A stretch of 64,000 nt of DNA, taken from positions 19,198,229-19,262,228 of the forward strand of contig NC_057750.1 in NCBI RefSeq assembly GCF_004010195.1, given 5' to 3'. Numbering within the stretch: the first letter of the stretch is position 1; every line of letters starts with the position of its first letter. The translations under genes were made by a program, and so were the position numbers. This DNA comes from Chiloscyllium plagiosum (Eukaryota). The notes below the pieces were generated by a model, which saw nothing but the letters and a program-made list of their open reading frames with translations, did not search any database and had not been told where the DNA came from. This document shows positions 25,750-38,498 of this stretch, in pieces.

Positions 25750-26337
25750 GTTAATTCTTGCTGCCTAGCAGTTCCTCCCAGTTCTTTGATTTGCTGGGAA
25801 GATGAGCAAGGAAGCAGGATTTGAAAAGGGACTATCATCTGATAAGGAGTCAATCACTAAAACATCCTTCGAGAAGATGATCTTGAAAATTACAGCCTCA
25901 CATCCAGCCAATTTTTTGGTTATTAGAATGCTTCACGGCTTGTCCAGACCAGGGAACTCAGCAGCCAGGTAATCTTCTATTGATTGTTGCACCAACCTGG
26001 CGATTAATGCTTTATTCAGTAAGGCTGAACGTTTCATCTCTTCATCAGTTGTGGTGCAACTGATTCCCAAATTTCACTGGAGCTCCTGGATTCCTGCAGC
26101 AGCGTAATCATTAGGACCCATGGGACCTGGACCCTCAGCACAGTGGATTGATTTACATGATCAACACGTGATTTGACCTTGACAATTTGCCGCAACAGTT
26201 CCATTTGACGTTGCTATCTGGCCTGGACTAATTTTCGATGAGGTCAAGGAAGATAGGTCAAACTTGTAATCATGTAAATCCTTCTGCAACATCACAGGGA
26301 GCTTCACAAGCAAAGAATTACTTTGGAATAATAAGGG

Positions 26338-26472
26338 CAGAAGTCACATGACACCTGACAAAGGAGCAGCGCTCTGAAAGGTCATGATTTCAAATAAACC
26401 TGTTGGACTATAATCTAGTATCATGTGACTTCTGACTTCGTCCCCCCCAATCTAACACCGGCACCTCCACAC
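26338..26472 (+). mobile_element. Penelope-like family B-related terminus
   Basis: cacctgacaaaggagcagcgctctgaaag...cctgttggactataa, with a short inverted arm (cagaagtcacatga / tcatgtgacttctg). Confidence 0.65.
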
Positions 26473-27507
26473 TTTAGAGTTATAGTCACTGTTGTGAAGT
26501 AGCAAACACTGCAGCTAATAATCCCACAGTAAGACCTCACAAAAATCAAGATAATAATTTCCAGCTTAAACTGTGTAAGTAGATTGCATTTTGTGTCACC
26601 CTTATTTCACTCGATAGCTCTGTCTTCTCTGAACTGGAAGGTCATGACCAGTAGCTTGAGACCTGTGACCACTTTTGAAAGTGCTGCCTGAGGTAACAGC
26701 ATTGCAGTATAAGGAGATTCATGTAAATTATGATGGTTGTCACAAGAGCTCTGATATCAAGAAGACTGAAGATCGAAGTCTAGAGAGATGTTTTCCACAC
26801 CCCACTTTATTGAATGACCTATTATACAGGCATAAATAAGAGTACATAAGGCGTTGAAAAGCCTTGCAAAGAGATAAGGAGACATCAACCTCAGGAGTAG
26901 TTTATCTACAGACACCCACAGCCCAAGATATTCTGGGCCAGTATCTTGAGGAGTCTGTGTTCCACGTGTACACTGGTTGCAGTCACTCTCAAACCCTCTT
27001 TCACTTTTTTAAGTTGCTGCTCTTCAAATTTTTGGAACCTGTGAATCTTTGGTCACTCAGTTGGGATGGTGGGATCTGGTGGAGCAGAGCAGTGGAACTC
27101 CTGCTCCTGGTTTTAGCCAAAGTGTGCATCATCATATCAAAGGCAGCAAATGGTCTGAGGTGGCCATTAGGCCTAACTGTCTGCCTCTCCCCTGTGGTCC
27201 CATAAATGCCTGGGTGACCTGAGACAGTACCCACTGGCAAGCTTGAAGCTTTCTCTGGCCATTGGGCACCACAGCAGCTGCAGTGGGTTCTTAATTTTTA
27301 AAACAGCCAGTTAATATAATTTTGTTGTTTTAAGTTTGTAAATTTAATGTCTGGGACAGCGTTCCTGTTAGGGGTTGACACCCTTTACCCTAGTTTAAAA
27401 TGCTGTGATTTGACTTATTGGAATTGATTTGGTGGAACTAATTTTAAAATGGCTACCTGCAATCCTTGTAGGAATTGACTTGATGGAACTAATTTTAAAA
27501 TGGCTAC

Positions 27508-27766
27508 CTGCAATCCTCAGCATCTGTTGCCAGCAACAGAAGAAGCTTGCCTTCTGTCAGTATCAGAGCCAAGCAGCAGTCTGCGTGTACTCCTAGGGGA
27601 AGCCGGGGAAGGTCACTGATCTGGCTGCCCTTGACGATGGCCTTACAGCTACTCGGGAGTGAGATTTCAGCCTCAGGCAGTGCATCCTGGTCACGACAGA
27701 TTGCCAAGGATCCCTTCGTCGATAAAAAGAAGAATTTCTCCTTCCATTGCTTGAAGAGAAACCCAC
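27508..27766 (-). CDS. Evectin/PLEKHB-like protein, coding exon 2 (PH domain core)
   Basis: ctgcag| acceptor, AG|gtagcc donor, 259 nt, phase 1 to 2. GGFLFKQWKEKFFFLSTKGSLAIC...CCLALILTEGKLLLLLATDAEDC resembles the evectin PH domain (LKRWKKNWF...DCMLQIVCRDGKTISLCAESTDDC). Confidence 0.9.
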
Positions 27767-28075
27767 CTGCAGCGTGAAACAACGAACAAAACACCATCAG
27801 CCACAGTTGCACAGAACTGCAGGTGTGCAACGTCTGCTGCAGGAAGTGGAGTTCTCTTAGTCCAGCAGCAAAGAGAGTCAGTTTTGTTTGAACTGGAATA
27901 TCTGGCAGTACCAACAGCATCGTATATTTATCTGGGAGAACAATAGCTGTAGATTATTTGAGATTGAGACCCGCATCAAATGGAAATGTTTGCATTTCTG
28001 TAGCACTTTTTGCATGACTTCAGGACATCTAAAAGCACGTTATACAGTCAATGAGGTACTAGAGTCACAGTGTAT

Positions 28076-28362
28076 TAGATTACCTACAGTGTGGGAACAG
28101 GCCCCTTGGCCCAACTAGTCCACACCGACCCTCCAAGGAGTAACCCACCCAGACCCATTCCCCCTAACTAATGCACCGAACTCTATGGGCAATTTAGGAT
28201 GACCAATTCACCTAACCTGCACATCTTTGGACTGTGGGAGGAAACCCATGCAGACACGGGGAGAATGTGCAAACTCCATACAGTCGCCTGAGGCTGGAAT
28301 CAAACCTGGGTCCCTGGCACTGTGAGGCAGCAGTGCTAACCACTGAACCACCATGCTGTCCC
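28076..28362 (-). mobile_element. HE1/V-SINE
   Basis: Matches the other HE1 copies. Confidence 0.85.
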
Positions 28363-28365
28363 AAA

Positions 28366-28950
28366 CTTAGCAGAGGAATTGACTTCAAGAGTCGTGAAGT
28401 GATGTTACAGCTGTACAGGACTTTGGTTAGGCCACATTTGGAGTACTGTGTGCAGTTCTGGTCGCCTCACTTTAGGAAAGATATGGAAGCTTTGGAGAGG
28501 GTGCAGAGGAGATTTACCAGGATGTTGCCTGGAATGGAGAATAGGTCGTACGAGGATAGGTTGAGAGTGCTAGGCCTTTTCTCATTGGAACGGAGAAGGA
28601 TGAAGGGTGACTTGATAGAGGTTTATAAGATGATCAGGGGAATAGATAGAGTAGACAATCAGAAACTTTTTCCCCGGGTACAACAGAGTGTTACAAGGGG
28701 ACATAAATTTAAGGTGAAGGGTGGAAGGTATAGGGGAGATGTCAGGGGTAGGTTCTTTACCCAGAGAGTGGTGGGGGCATGGAATGCGCTGTCTGTGGGA
28801 GTGGCAGAGTCAGAATCATTGGCGAACTTTAAGTGGCAATTGGATCGGTACATGGATGGGTGCTTAAGCTAGGACAAATGTTCGGCACAACATCGTGGGC
28901 CGAAGGGCCTGTTCTGTGCTGTATTGTTCTATGTTCTATATTCTATGTTC
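28366..28950 (+). mobile_element. Young CR1 LINE 3' fragment (open ORF2 C-terminus)
   Basis: MLQLYRTLVRPHLEYCVQFWSPHF...WNALSVGV with a (ttctatg)n tail. Confidence 0.9.
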
Positions 28951-28954
28951 TAAA

Positions 28955-29673
28955 ATGTGGTTTTACTTTCCAAGAAGGGTGGGGAAAGAAAGCTATGGCA
29001 CAGAGGAATTTAGGAATCCTTGTGCATAAACACAAAAAGCTAGCATACAAATTTAGCAGGTAATTGGAAAGGTAAATGGAATGTTTATTTTAAAGGGTAT
29101 AAAGTGTGAAAGAAGGGAAGTTTTCCTAAAATTATACAAGGCATGAGTCAGTCCACAGCTGGGATACTGTGAACAGCTTGGACTTGTTGTCAAAGGAAAG
29201 ATATACTGGCATTGGAGGCAGTCCAGATTGATATCAGGCATGGGGAGACTGATTTATGAGGAGAGGTTGAGTAGGTTGGACATGCACTTATTGTTCTTTA
29301 GAAGAATGAGAGGTGACCTTATGAAACATGCAACATTTTTAGGGGAGTTGACGTGGTAATGTTGTTTCCTGTCACACGTGAGTCTAGGGCCAGGGCCAGC
29401 ATTATCTGAGAAGAAGAGGTCAACTTATTAAGATAGAGATGAGGAGGAATATCCTCTCTCAGAGGGTAGTGAATTTGTGGAGTTTGTAAACACAGAGGTC
29501 TGTAGAGGATGGGTCAGTAAGTACATTCAAGGATAAAATAGATTTTTAATCAAGAGTTATGGGGACAAAAACAGGGAAGTAGAGATGATAATTATCAGAT
29601 CAATCATGAGCTCACTGAGTAGTAGAGTAGGCTCGATGGGCTGAATGGCCTACATCTGTTCCTCTGTCTTATG
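28955..29673 (+). mobile_element. Older CR1 3' fragment
   Basis: Degenerate ORF2 C-terminus and gggctgaatggcctac tail. Confidence 0.7.
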
Positions 29674-29799
29674 TGAGATAACTCCATAAAGGCTGGTATC
29701 CCATCATCAAATCACCATTTATTTACACATGACAGTCCTTGATTGTAGTACGGTCTCATACCAGAGTGTCAGTATCCTTGACATTCCTCCTTTTTATGG

Positions 29800-30112
29800 G
29801 ACAGAGTGGGGACTGCAGATCCTGGAGATCAGAGTCGAAGAGTGTGGTGCAGGAAATGCATAGCTTATGCTCGAAACATCGACTCTCCTGCTCCTCGGAT
29901 GCTACCTGACCAGCTGAGTTTTTCCAGCACCCCACGTTTTGACTCTGACTTTTTATTAGAGTGGGGATGGAAAAGCACATTTCTGATGAAGGGCTCCTGC
30001 CTGAAATGTCGATTTTCCTGCTCCTCGGATGTTGCCTGACTTGGTGTGCTTTTCCAGAACCACTCTAATCTTGACTCTGATCTCAAGCATCTGCGGTCCT
30101 CACTTTCGCCCT
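29800..30112. mobile_element. Composite Penelope-like family A termini inside the Gypsy LTR
   Basis: Inverted and direct copies of the family A terminus; ctgatgaagggctcctgcctgaaatgtcg near 29983. Confidence 0.7.
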
Positions 30113-31856
30113 TCATCTTTTTTATGTCAGCCAGGGCTCCCTGACTGGACTAGATTAAAAGTCCCAGTCAGGGAACTCGTATGTTATAATGTCTAACTGG
30201 CTGACCTCGTTACAATCACTGCATCCTGCCCCCTCTGAGTTCACAGACACAGGTCAATCCTTTCTCTTTGAGAGCCTCCGGGGGTGTTTTCGAACCAGAC
30301 CGGGTTCCTCCCACTCGGTATCTGACACAGCTGCATGTAATGTAGGGGAGCTCGCTTCTTGTGCCAGGAGACCCTCAGTCGACTTTGCCTTTCAGCTTCT
30401 TGTGGCAAAGGCGTCAAGACAGCTAATTCTGTCATGTCCATCTCTGACTCAGATCTTGACAATGTTTGACAGAGAGGGTAAATCTATGGGTTCCGGCAGT
30501 ATTTCTGAAGGTCCCAAGGGGCAGGGCACGGTATGCTCCCAAACTGTTGGTGAATTTTGTGCTTTTATCTGGTCCATGTTCTTGTGCAAGACAGTCGAAC
30601 CTCCTCAAAATTGACAAATTATTGGTCCTGATCTTGCGTTGGCCATGTCTCTGACCCATGTGAGGACATTTCTGTGATTCTTACACTGAGCTTCGATCCC
30701 TCATATCAAACTGTCTCTCTCGCTTGGCTGAGTCATGGTTTCGACATTGGAGTTTCATTCTCCCGGCCAGGTCCCAGAGGATCAGACTTAACCTGGTGAG
30801 GAGTCTACTACCCATTAGCAACTCTGCAGCTGCATGTGGTGTGGTCATATAATGAAGCAAGAACCATGACAACTTGTGAGGTTGTAGTTGCTTCTTCAAT
30901 CCAGCCTTCAAAGTTTGGACCACTCTTTCTGTCACATCATTTGGCAATGGGAGGTTTGGATCTGTATGTATATGTCGGATCCCATTCAACTTTCAGAAAT
31001 AACCAGTTTCCTTGCTGATAAACGATGACTGTTGTATGTGACCAACAATTCTGGGACTCTGCATGTTGCAAAAGATTTGCTCAGTTTTTCTATCATTGTC
31101 TCAGTGTTTCCCTAACGAGCCCTATGCACGTCCAACCACATTAAATAGACATCTACAATGACTAAGAATATTGAACCCATGAAAGGACTTGCATAGTTGA
31201 CTTGCAACTGAATCCAACATTGATCTGGCCATTCCCGTGGATGTGGGAGCTGCTGACGGTAATTTTTGTCTTTATTGGCACTTTGGATACTGCCCCACCA
31301 AAGCAGCTAAGTCTCCGTGCAAGCTTGGCCACCAGACCTACCTTCTGGCCAACATCTTCATTTTGAAGATCCTGGTTAGCCCTTTGGAGGTCAGCCACTA
31401 TCTGAAGGCAGCCTTTGCTCAGGACATTAATTCTTACTCTCCATAACAATATGCCATTCTCTACCAAGAGCTGGTCTTTCCAGATCCAAAAGGGTTTTAA
31501 TTCGAGTTGCAACGGTCTTTTGGTTTCCACCATTAATTCAAATTGTTACAGTTTGGAAAGGATGGATCTTTCCCTGTCCAAGTCTGATATTGTTAGCTAT
31601 GAATGGGACATTGTCTCAAAAATTTAATATCATTTCAGACTCTTCCATTGGGGGCACCACCAGCGGTGTATATGCTAATGGGAGGTGCCTCGATGCATCT
31701 GCATTCATTACTCAACCTCCCAGATGGTGTTCTTACTTGTAATTTTAAACACTTAATGTTAGAGCCCACCGCTGAATACAGCTCAAAGCTGTGGGCAGTA
31801 CTGCTTTGTCCACTTGGCCAAGTAGGGGTTTGCAGTCTGTCATCAGCATAAATTTT

Positions 31857-32118
31857 ATAGAACATAGAACATAGAAGAATACAGCGCAGTACAGGCCCTT
31901 TGGCCCTCGATGTTGCGCCGATCCAAGCCCACCTAACCTACACTAGCCCACTATCCTCCATATGCCTATCCAATGCACGTTTAAATGCCCATAATGAAGG
32001 AGTGTCCACCACTGTTATTGGCAGGGCATTCCATGAACTCACGACTCGCTGAGTAAAGAATCTACCCCTAACATCTGTCCTATACCTACCCCCCCCTTAA
32101 TTTAAAGCTATGCCCCCT
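31857..32118 (-). mobile_element. CR1 LINE 3' end nested in Gypsy
   Basis: (agaacat)n tail and ORF2 C-terminal remnant. Confidence 0.75.
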
Positions 32119-32880
32119 TTCAGCCATAAATGTACTGGAAGAACTTCTGACTTCAAATATGGCACCAATCCTTCTTTTGCTACCTGGACTTATTTACACT
32201 CTGCATTAACCAAAGGTCTACATGCATAAGCTAATGGGGGTTCCTTTCCATTGGACCACCTATGAGCTAGCACCATCCCAATGCCAGAGAGAGAGGCATG
32301 ACATATCAATATCAGATCTTTCTTGGGATCATAGTGTGCTCACATCTCAGAGTTGATAGCTGTTTCTTTCCTTCATTAAAAGCTAGGGCTTGTCTATGAA
32401 TACATTTTCAATGCTGACCATTTTTAAGGAGTTGATGCAAAGTTTTCAGGATGGGATGTCATGTTGAATATGAACTTTATTTAACAATTTACCAGACCAA
32501 GAAATGACCTAAGCTCCTGGATTGATATGGGAGCTGGGACACCTTTGATCACTCTCACATTACCTTCTCACCAGTCTAACCTGGTCTTGTCAACTACATA
32601 ACACAAATAGGTCATTTGGGGGGCCTGGACACACATTCTTCCCTACTTAGGTAGATAGATGCCTTGGGAAAGCACCTTTGGACAATATCCAAGTTCTCTA
32701 AGCATTCCTTATTCATTTTCCTTGCTATTGGGACACCATCTCAGTAAATGGCAACCTGAGATAGACCATGCAAATGAAATTGAACAGATTGATGATATCC
32801 CAAATGATGTTGGTACAAAGTCTTATGGATATTAATTGTAGCATACTTCTGGGAAATCCTGGTTTGGACTCAATTGCAAG

Positions 32881-33004
32881 ATGAAGGGCTTTTGCCCGAA
32901 ACATCAATTTCCCTGCTCCTCGGATGCTGCCTGACCTGCTGTGCTTTTCCAGCACCACTCTAATCTAGACTCTGGTTTCCAGCATCTGCAGTCCGTGTTT
33001 TTAC
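32881..33004 (+). mobile_element. Penelope-like family A terminus nested in Gypsy RT
   Basis: Flanked by ctcaattgcaag at 32869-32880 and 33005-33016. Confidence 0.8.
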
Positions 33005-33751
33005 CTCAATTGCAAGTGCGCATGGATCCTGCCCAACTTTGTGAAGGGCAGTCCCACAGCCAGCTTTGTCTATATCTCCTCTATCCGAGGGATTGGGCAT
33101 TTATCCAGCTGTAAAAAGTGGTTTGCCATTTGTTTTAAATTCCCACAAAGGCAAACTGACCCATTGGGCTTCAAAATTGGTATGACCAGTATTGCCCATT
33201 CTGCGAATTGGACTGGTTTGATGATTCATGTACTTTCCAGCCTTCGGATTTCTGCTTCTACTTAAATGACATTGGGTGGACCTTGCAGAATTGTGGAATT
33301 GCTTCCTGGTTAATGTGCAAAGTGGCCTTGACTCCTCTGATAGTCCGAACACATTCCTGGAAGACTTCCAGGTACTTAACGAGCACTTCATTCAAGCAGC
33401 TATTTTCTCGTTGAAAAATGTTGAGTTGATCTAGGCGACTCTCTTGCAACCAATTGCATCCCATCAGACTTTGTCCTGAGCCTTTTACTACAATCAGTGA
33501 TTACTGAACCAGCTGCTTTTCATAAGAGACAGGAACTGAAGTTGCCCCCTTAATCTGAAAAGGATTACTGGTATAAGGTTCTCAGCCTAGCTGAGGTCAC
33601 ACACAGATTTAAAGGGTTGGAGTCAAGAGTGAATTTTTTAAATACTGGTTCTGCGATCATTGATATGCCCGCTCTGGTATCAGCCTCTGTGAGAACTGGA
33701 TGACCATTTAACCAAACGTTTACCTTGACTGGTTCTGACTTTGATGTTATT

Positions 33752-34370
33752 AGAACATAAGAACTCGGAGCAGGAATAGGCCTCTGGCCCTTCGAGCCTG
33801 GTCCTCCATTCAGTAAGAACATGGCTGATTTTGTTTGTGGTCTCAGCTCCACTTATCTACCCACTCACTGTAACACTTTATCCCTTTATTCTTTAAAAAA
33901 GATATATCTTAGCTTTAAAACCATTTACTGAAGTAGCGTCAACTACTTCACTGGGCAGGGAATTCCATTGACTCTCAACCCTCTGGGCGAAGAAGTCCCT
34001 TCTCAGTTCAGAACTAAATCTGCTCCCTCTAATTTTGAGGCTATACCCTGTTGTCCATGTTGCACCTGCCAGTGGAAACATCCTCTCTACGTCTATCTTA
34101 TCTATTCCTTTCATAATTTTACATGTTTCTATAACATCCTCCCTCATTCTTCTAAATTCCAATGAATATAATCCCAGTCTACTCAATCTCTCCTCATAAG
34201 CCAACCCCCTCAACTCTGGAATCAACCTAGTGAACTACTGCTGCACCCCCTCTAGTGCCAGTACACCCTTTCTCAAGTATGGAGACCAAAATTACACATA
34301 GTACTCCAGGTGTGGCTTCACCAGCACCCTATTCAGCTGCAACATAACCTCCCTGCTTTTAAACTCAATT
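33752..34370 (-). mobile_element. CR1 LINE 3' fragment nested in Gypsy
   Basis: IPELRGLAYEERLSRLGLYSLEFRRMR...WNSLPSEVV. Confidence 0.85.
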
Positions 34371-35727
34371 AACCAAAACTAGATGTAAGTGGACTTTCCA
34401 ACGTCTAAACTCCCCTTTATACCCTCTTGGATACCAGCATATGAGTTATCTTACTCAATTTAGGTCTAGTAGGATGCTTTTGCTATCTCAACTTTGGAAA
34501 TCGGCAACAATTACAATGGTTTACCAGCCCAGTATTGTATGCACACACTTGTGTTATGTGTTGCCTGTCATGACATAAAAGCTGAACATGAAAGGAGTGA
34601 TCGCCTTTCCTGACTGAATTGTGGTTGTCCAGCCAGCACTTTAATGGCCAGCTGTGTGCAACCTCTGACACCGTGAACCTTCAAAAACCCTCACTAAATG
34701 AAATAAACTCATGTACCCCACCAAATGTGGCATCTGTGACTACCTTGATGTGGTGATCTGCATTTGGTTTTGTCACTCACATAGGTGATGCCCTATGATG
34801 AAACAATTCCAAGCCACTGTGATCTTCAAGGGCACTTGCATCGAGTGTCCTTCCACAAAACAGCATGTGCTCTTCCTAGCCAACATGTCAGATTTTGATG
34901 TAATGGACAGTCAGTGGTGCTCTGTGGTTTCCAAGTATGTCAGATCTTGCCTTCTCTGTCTACCTGCTGTGGCCTCCCCTCCCTTGCTCTATGGCAAGCT
35001 GGCACATGTTAGAAACTGGGCCGTAGCTGGACTTGCACAGATGCTCCTTCAGCTTCTCAACCTCGCTGGAAATGCAGCTTCCCACTCAACATACAATTCC
35101 CTGTTCAGACTGTGACATACAGCACAGATGGCGAACAGCACAATCTTGCTTGTAGGACTTTCTTTTGTCCCCTGTCTGAAGGAAAAGCTCCATTACAGTT
35201 TTAAAGTGAATGAAAAATCAAATTACCGACACCAGGAATGTCTTCCAACCATTTATATGCACAAAACGCACAAGGGCCCCAACTCTTTACGATCTAATTG
35301 AATGAATTGGATGTGGGGATAGAAAGTGCAATATGTAACTTTGCAGGTGACACAAAAATAAGTAGAAAAGTAAGTTGGACTAAGAAACTTACAAATGGAC
35401 ATGAAAAGATTTAGTGGATGGGCCAAAGTTTGGTAAATGAAGTTTAATGTGGGTAAGTGTGAGGCTATCCATTTTTGTCAGATGAATAGAAAGGCAACGT
35501 ATTATCAAAATAGGGAGAAAGTCCAGAGAGCTTAAAGAGTCTGGGTGACCTCAAGCATGAATCGCAAAATGCAGATACTACAGCTAATAATGAAGGCAAA
35601 TGGAAAGTTGGCATTTATTACTAAAGGAATAGAGTTTAAAAATATGAAAGTACTGCAGCAACTATACAAGACATTAGTGGGACAAGACCTGGAGTACAAT
35701 GTTAGTCACCTTAAGAGAGGAGAGATA

Positions 35728-37590
35728 GAGAACATAGAACATAGAACATAGAACAGTACAGCACAGAACAGGCCCTTCAGCCCATGATGTTGTGTCGACC
35801 ATTGATCCTCATGTCAGGTAAACCTCATGTACAACCCTCAAATTTCTGTGACCATATGCATGTCCAGCAGTCTCTTAAATATCCCCAATGACCTTGCTTC
35901 CACAACAGCTGCTGGCAATGCATTCCATGCTCTCACAATTCTCTGCGTAAAGAACCCGCCTCTGACATCCCCTCTATACTTTCCACCAAACAGCTTAAAA
36001 CTATGAGCCCTCGTGTTAACAATTTCGGCCCTGGGAAAAAGCCTCTGGCTATCAACTCTATCTATGCCTCTCATTATCTTTTACACCTCAATTAGGTCCC
36101 CTCTCTTCCTTTTTTCCAATGAAAAAGTCTGAGCTCAGTCAACTTCTCATCGTAAGATAAGCCTTCCATTCCAGGAAGCAACCTGGTAAACCTCCTCTGA
36201 ACCCTCTCCAAAGCATCCACGTCTTTCCTATAATAGGGCGACCAGAACTGGACACAGTATTCCAAGTGCGGTCTAACCAAAGTTTTATAGAGCTGCAACA
36301 AGATCTCACGGCTCTTAAACTCAATCCCCCGTTAATGAAAGCCAAAACACCATATGCTTTCTTAACAACCCTGTCCACTTGGGTGGCAATTTTAAGGGAT
36401 CTATGTACCTGCACACCAAGATCTTGCTGTTCCTCCACACTACCAAGAATCCTGTCTTTAATCCCCTACTCAACTTTCAAGTTCAACCTTCCAAAATGCA
36501 TCACTTTGCATTTATCCAGGTTGAACTCCATCTGCCACGTCTCAGCCCATCTCTGCATCCTGTCAATGTCACGCTGCAGCCTACAACAGTCCTCTGTACT
36601 GTCAATGACACCTCCAAACTTTGTGTCATCTGCAAACTTGCTAACCCATCCTTCAATCTCCTCATCCAAGTCATTAATAAAAATTACAAACAATAGAGGC
36701 CCAAGGACAGAGCCCTGTGGAACACCACTCACCACTGACTTCCAGGCAGAATACTTTCTCTCCATTACCAACTACTACTCGCTGTCTTCTGTCGGCTAGC
36801 CAATTCTGCATCCAGACAGCTAAATTTCCCTGTATCCCATTCCTCCTGACCTTCTGAATGAGCCTACCATGGGGAACCTTATCAAATGTCTTGCTGAAGT
36901 CCATATACACCACATCCACCGCTTGTCTCTCATCAACTTGTCTAGTAACATTCTCAAAGAACTCAATAAGATTTGTGAGACATGACCTGCCCCTCACAAA
37001 GCCGTGCTGACTGCATTTAATCAAGCCATGCTCTTCCAGATGGTCATAAATCCTATCCCTCAGAATCCTTTCTAACACCTTGCAGGTGACAGATGTGAGA
37101 CTGACTGGTCTGTAATTGCCGTGGATTTCCCTATTTCCTTTCTTGAAGAGAGGAATTACATTTGCCTCCCTCCAGTCCTCAGGTATGACTCCGGTGGAGA
37201 GCGAGGATGCAAAGATCTTCGCAAGCGGTGAAACAATCACATTTCTTGCTTCCCAAACCAGCAAAGGACAAATCTGGTCTGGCCCTGGCAACTCGTCAAT
37301 CTTAATGTTTGTCAAAATTTTCAGCACATCAGCTTCCTCAATCTCTATCCGTTCTAGCACACATCAGCTTCCTCAATCTCTATCCGTTCTAGCATGCTTA
37401 CCTGCTCCTGAATGGTTTCATTCACTACAAGGTCCTTTTCTTTAGTAAAGACAGAAGCAAAAAACTCATTTAGGGCTTCCCCTACATCCTTAAACTCTAT
37501 ACACAAGTTCCCTATACTATCCCTGATCAGCCCTACTCTTTCTTTGATCATTCTCTTATTCCTCACATACATGTAAAATGCCTTCGGATT
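35728..37590 (-). mobile_element. Young 5'-truncated CR1 LINE (RT domain nearly complete)
   Basis: PGPDQI, NYRPVSLTSV, DVVYMDFSKTFDKVPH, SGVPQGSVLGP and KFADDTK motifs; frameshifts including a 35-bp tandem duplication at about 37325-37394; (agaacat)n tail. Confidence 0.92.
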
Positions 37591-37806
37591 GCCTTGTTGC
37601 TGAACTAGAGGCAGTTCAGAGAAGGTTCTCTAGATTGATTCCAGAAAGGAGGGGTTTGTCTTATGAAGAGAGATTGAGCAGTTTAGGCCAATATTCTTTG
37701 GCGTTTAGAAGTTTAAACAATCAAATTGAGGTGTACAGGGGATTGACAAACTAGACGTAGAATGGATGGGGCAATCAAGAATGTTAGGTCATAGTTTTAG
37801 GATAAA

Positions 37807-38157
37807 GGGCGCCACAGTGGCTCAGTGGTTAGCATTGCTGCCTCACAATGCCAGGAACTCAGGTTCGATTCCATCCTTCAGTGACTGTTAGTGTGGAGTT
37901 TGCACGTTCTCCCTGCATTTACATGGGTTTCCTTGGGTTCTCCAGTTTCCTCCCACAGTCCAACGATGTGCAGTTTAGACAGATTGGCCATGGTCAATTG
38001 CCCATAGTGTCTGGGGATGCACAGGCTAGATAGATTAGCCATGGGAATTATGGGGATATGGTAGGAGGGTGGGTCTGGGTTGGATGCTGTTTGGAGGGTC
38101 GGTATAGACTTGGTGGGCTGCACTGGCTTCTGTGCTGTAGGGATTCTATGATTCTAT
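37807..38157 (+). mobile_element. HE1/V-SINE
   Basis: Full length with an (attctatg) tail. Confidence 0.85.
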
Positions 38158-38498
38158 GGAAACAGAGATATGGAGAAATTACTTCAGTTAAGAGTCATGA
38201 ATCTTTGTAATCCACTGCCCCAAAGTCTGGTGGATGCTGGACAGTGAAGAATTTTAAGGAGGCAAAGACAGATTTTTAATTAGTAATAGGTTGAACAGTT
38301 ATCGAGTGTGGTGTGGAAGGTGGAGTTGAGGCTGGGATGAGATCAGCCATGATCATAAAAGCAGAGCAAGGTCGAAGGGTTGAATTGTCTAGTTCTGCTC
38401 CTAGCTCTGGTGTTATGTTCTGACATCACCACAATTCCCACTGACCACATCTTCCATGCACCCCAGCACATTGTGCCATGAGAAATGCACTGTTCAGG

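Larger units (their letters stand above)
29674..34690 (-). mobile_element. Degenerate Gypsy/Ty3 LTR retrotransposon (3' LTR 29674-30223, PPT, integrase, RNase H, RT, protease, gag remnant) with nested insertions
   Basis: PPT ctcagagggggcagga next to the LTR; integrase ERVVQTLKAGLKK...AELLMG; protease VWLNGHPVLTEADTRAG; VLVKYLEVFQE...GVKATLHI; many stops and frameshifts. Confidence 0.8.
35290..38425 (+). mobile_element. Older CR1 interrupted by a younger CR1 (35728-37590) and an HE1 SINE
   Basis: RT FAGDTK...LQLYKTLV before 35727; the frame resumes after 37591 and ends with a CR1 tail near 38420. Confidence 0.7.
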
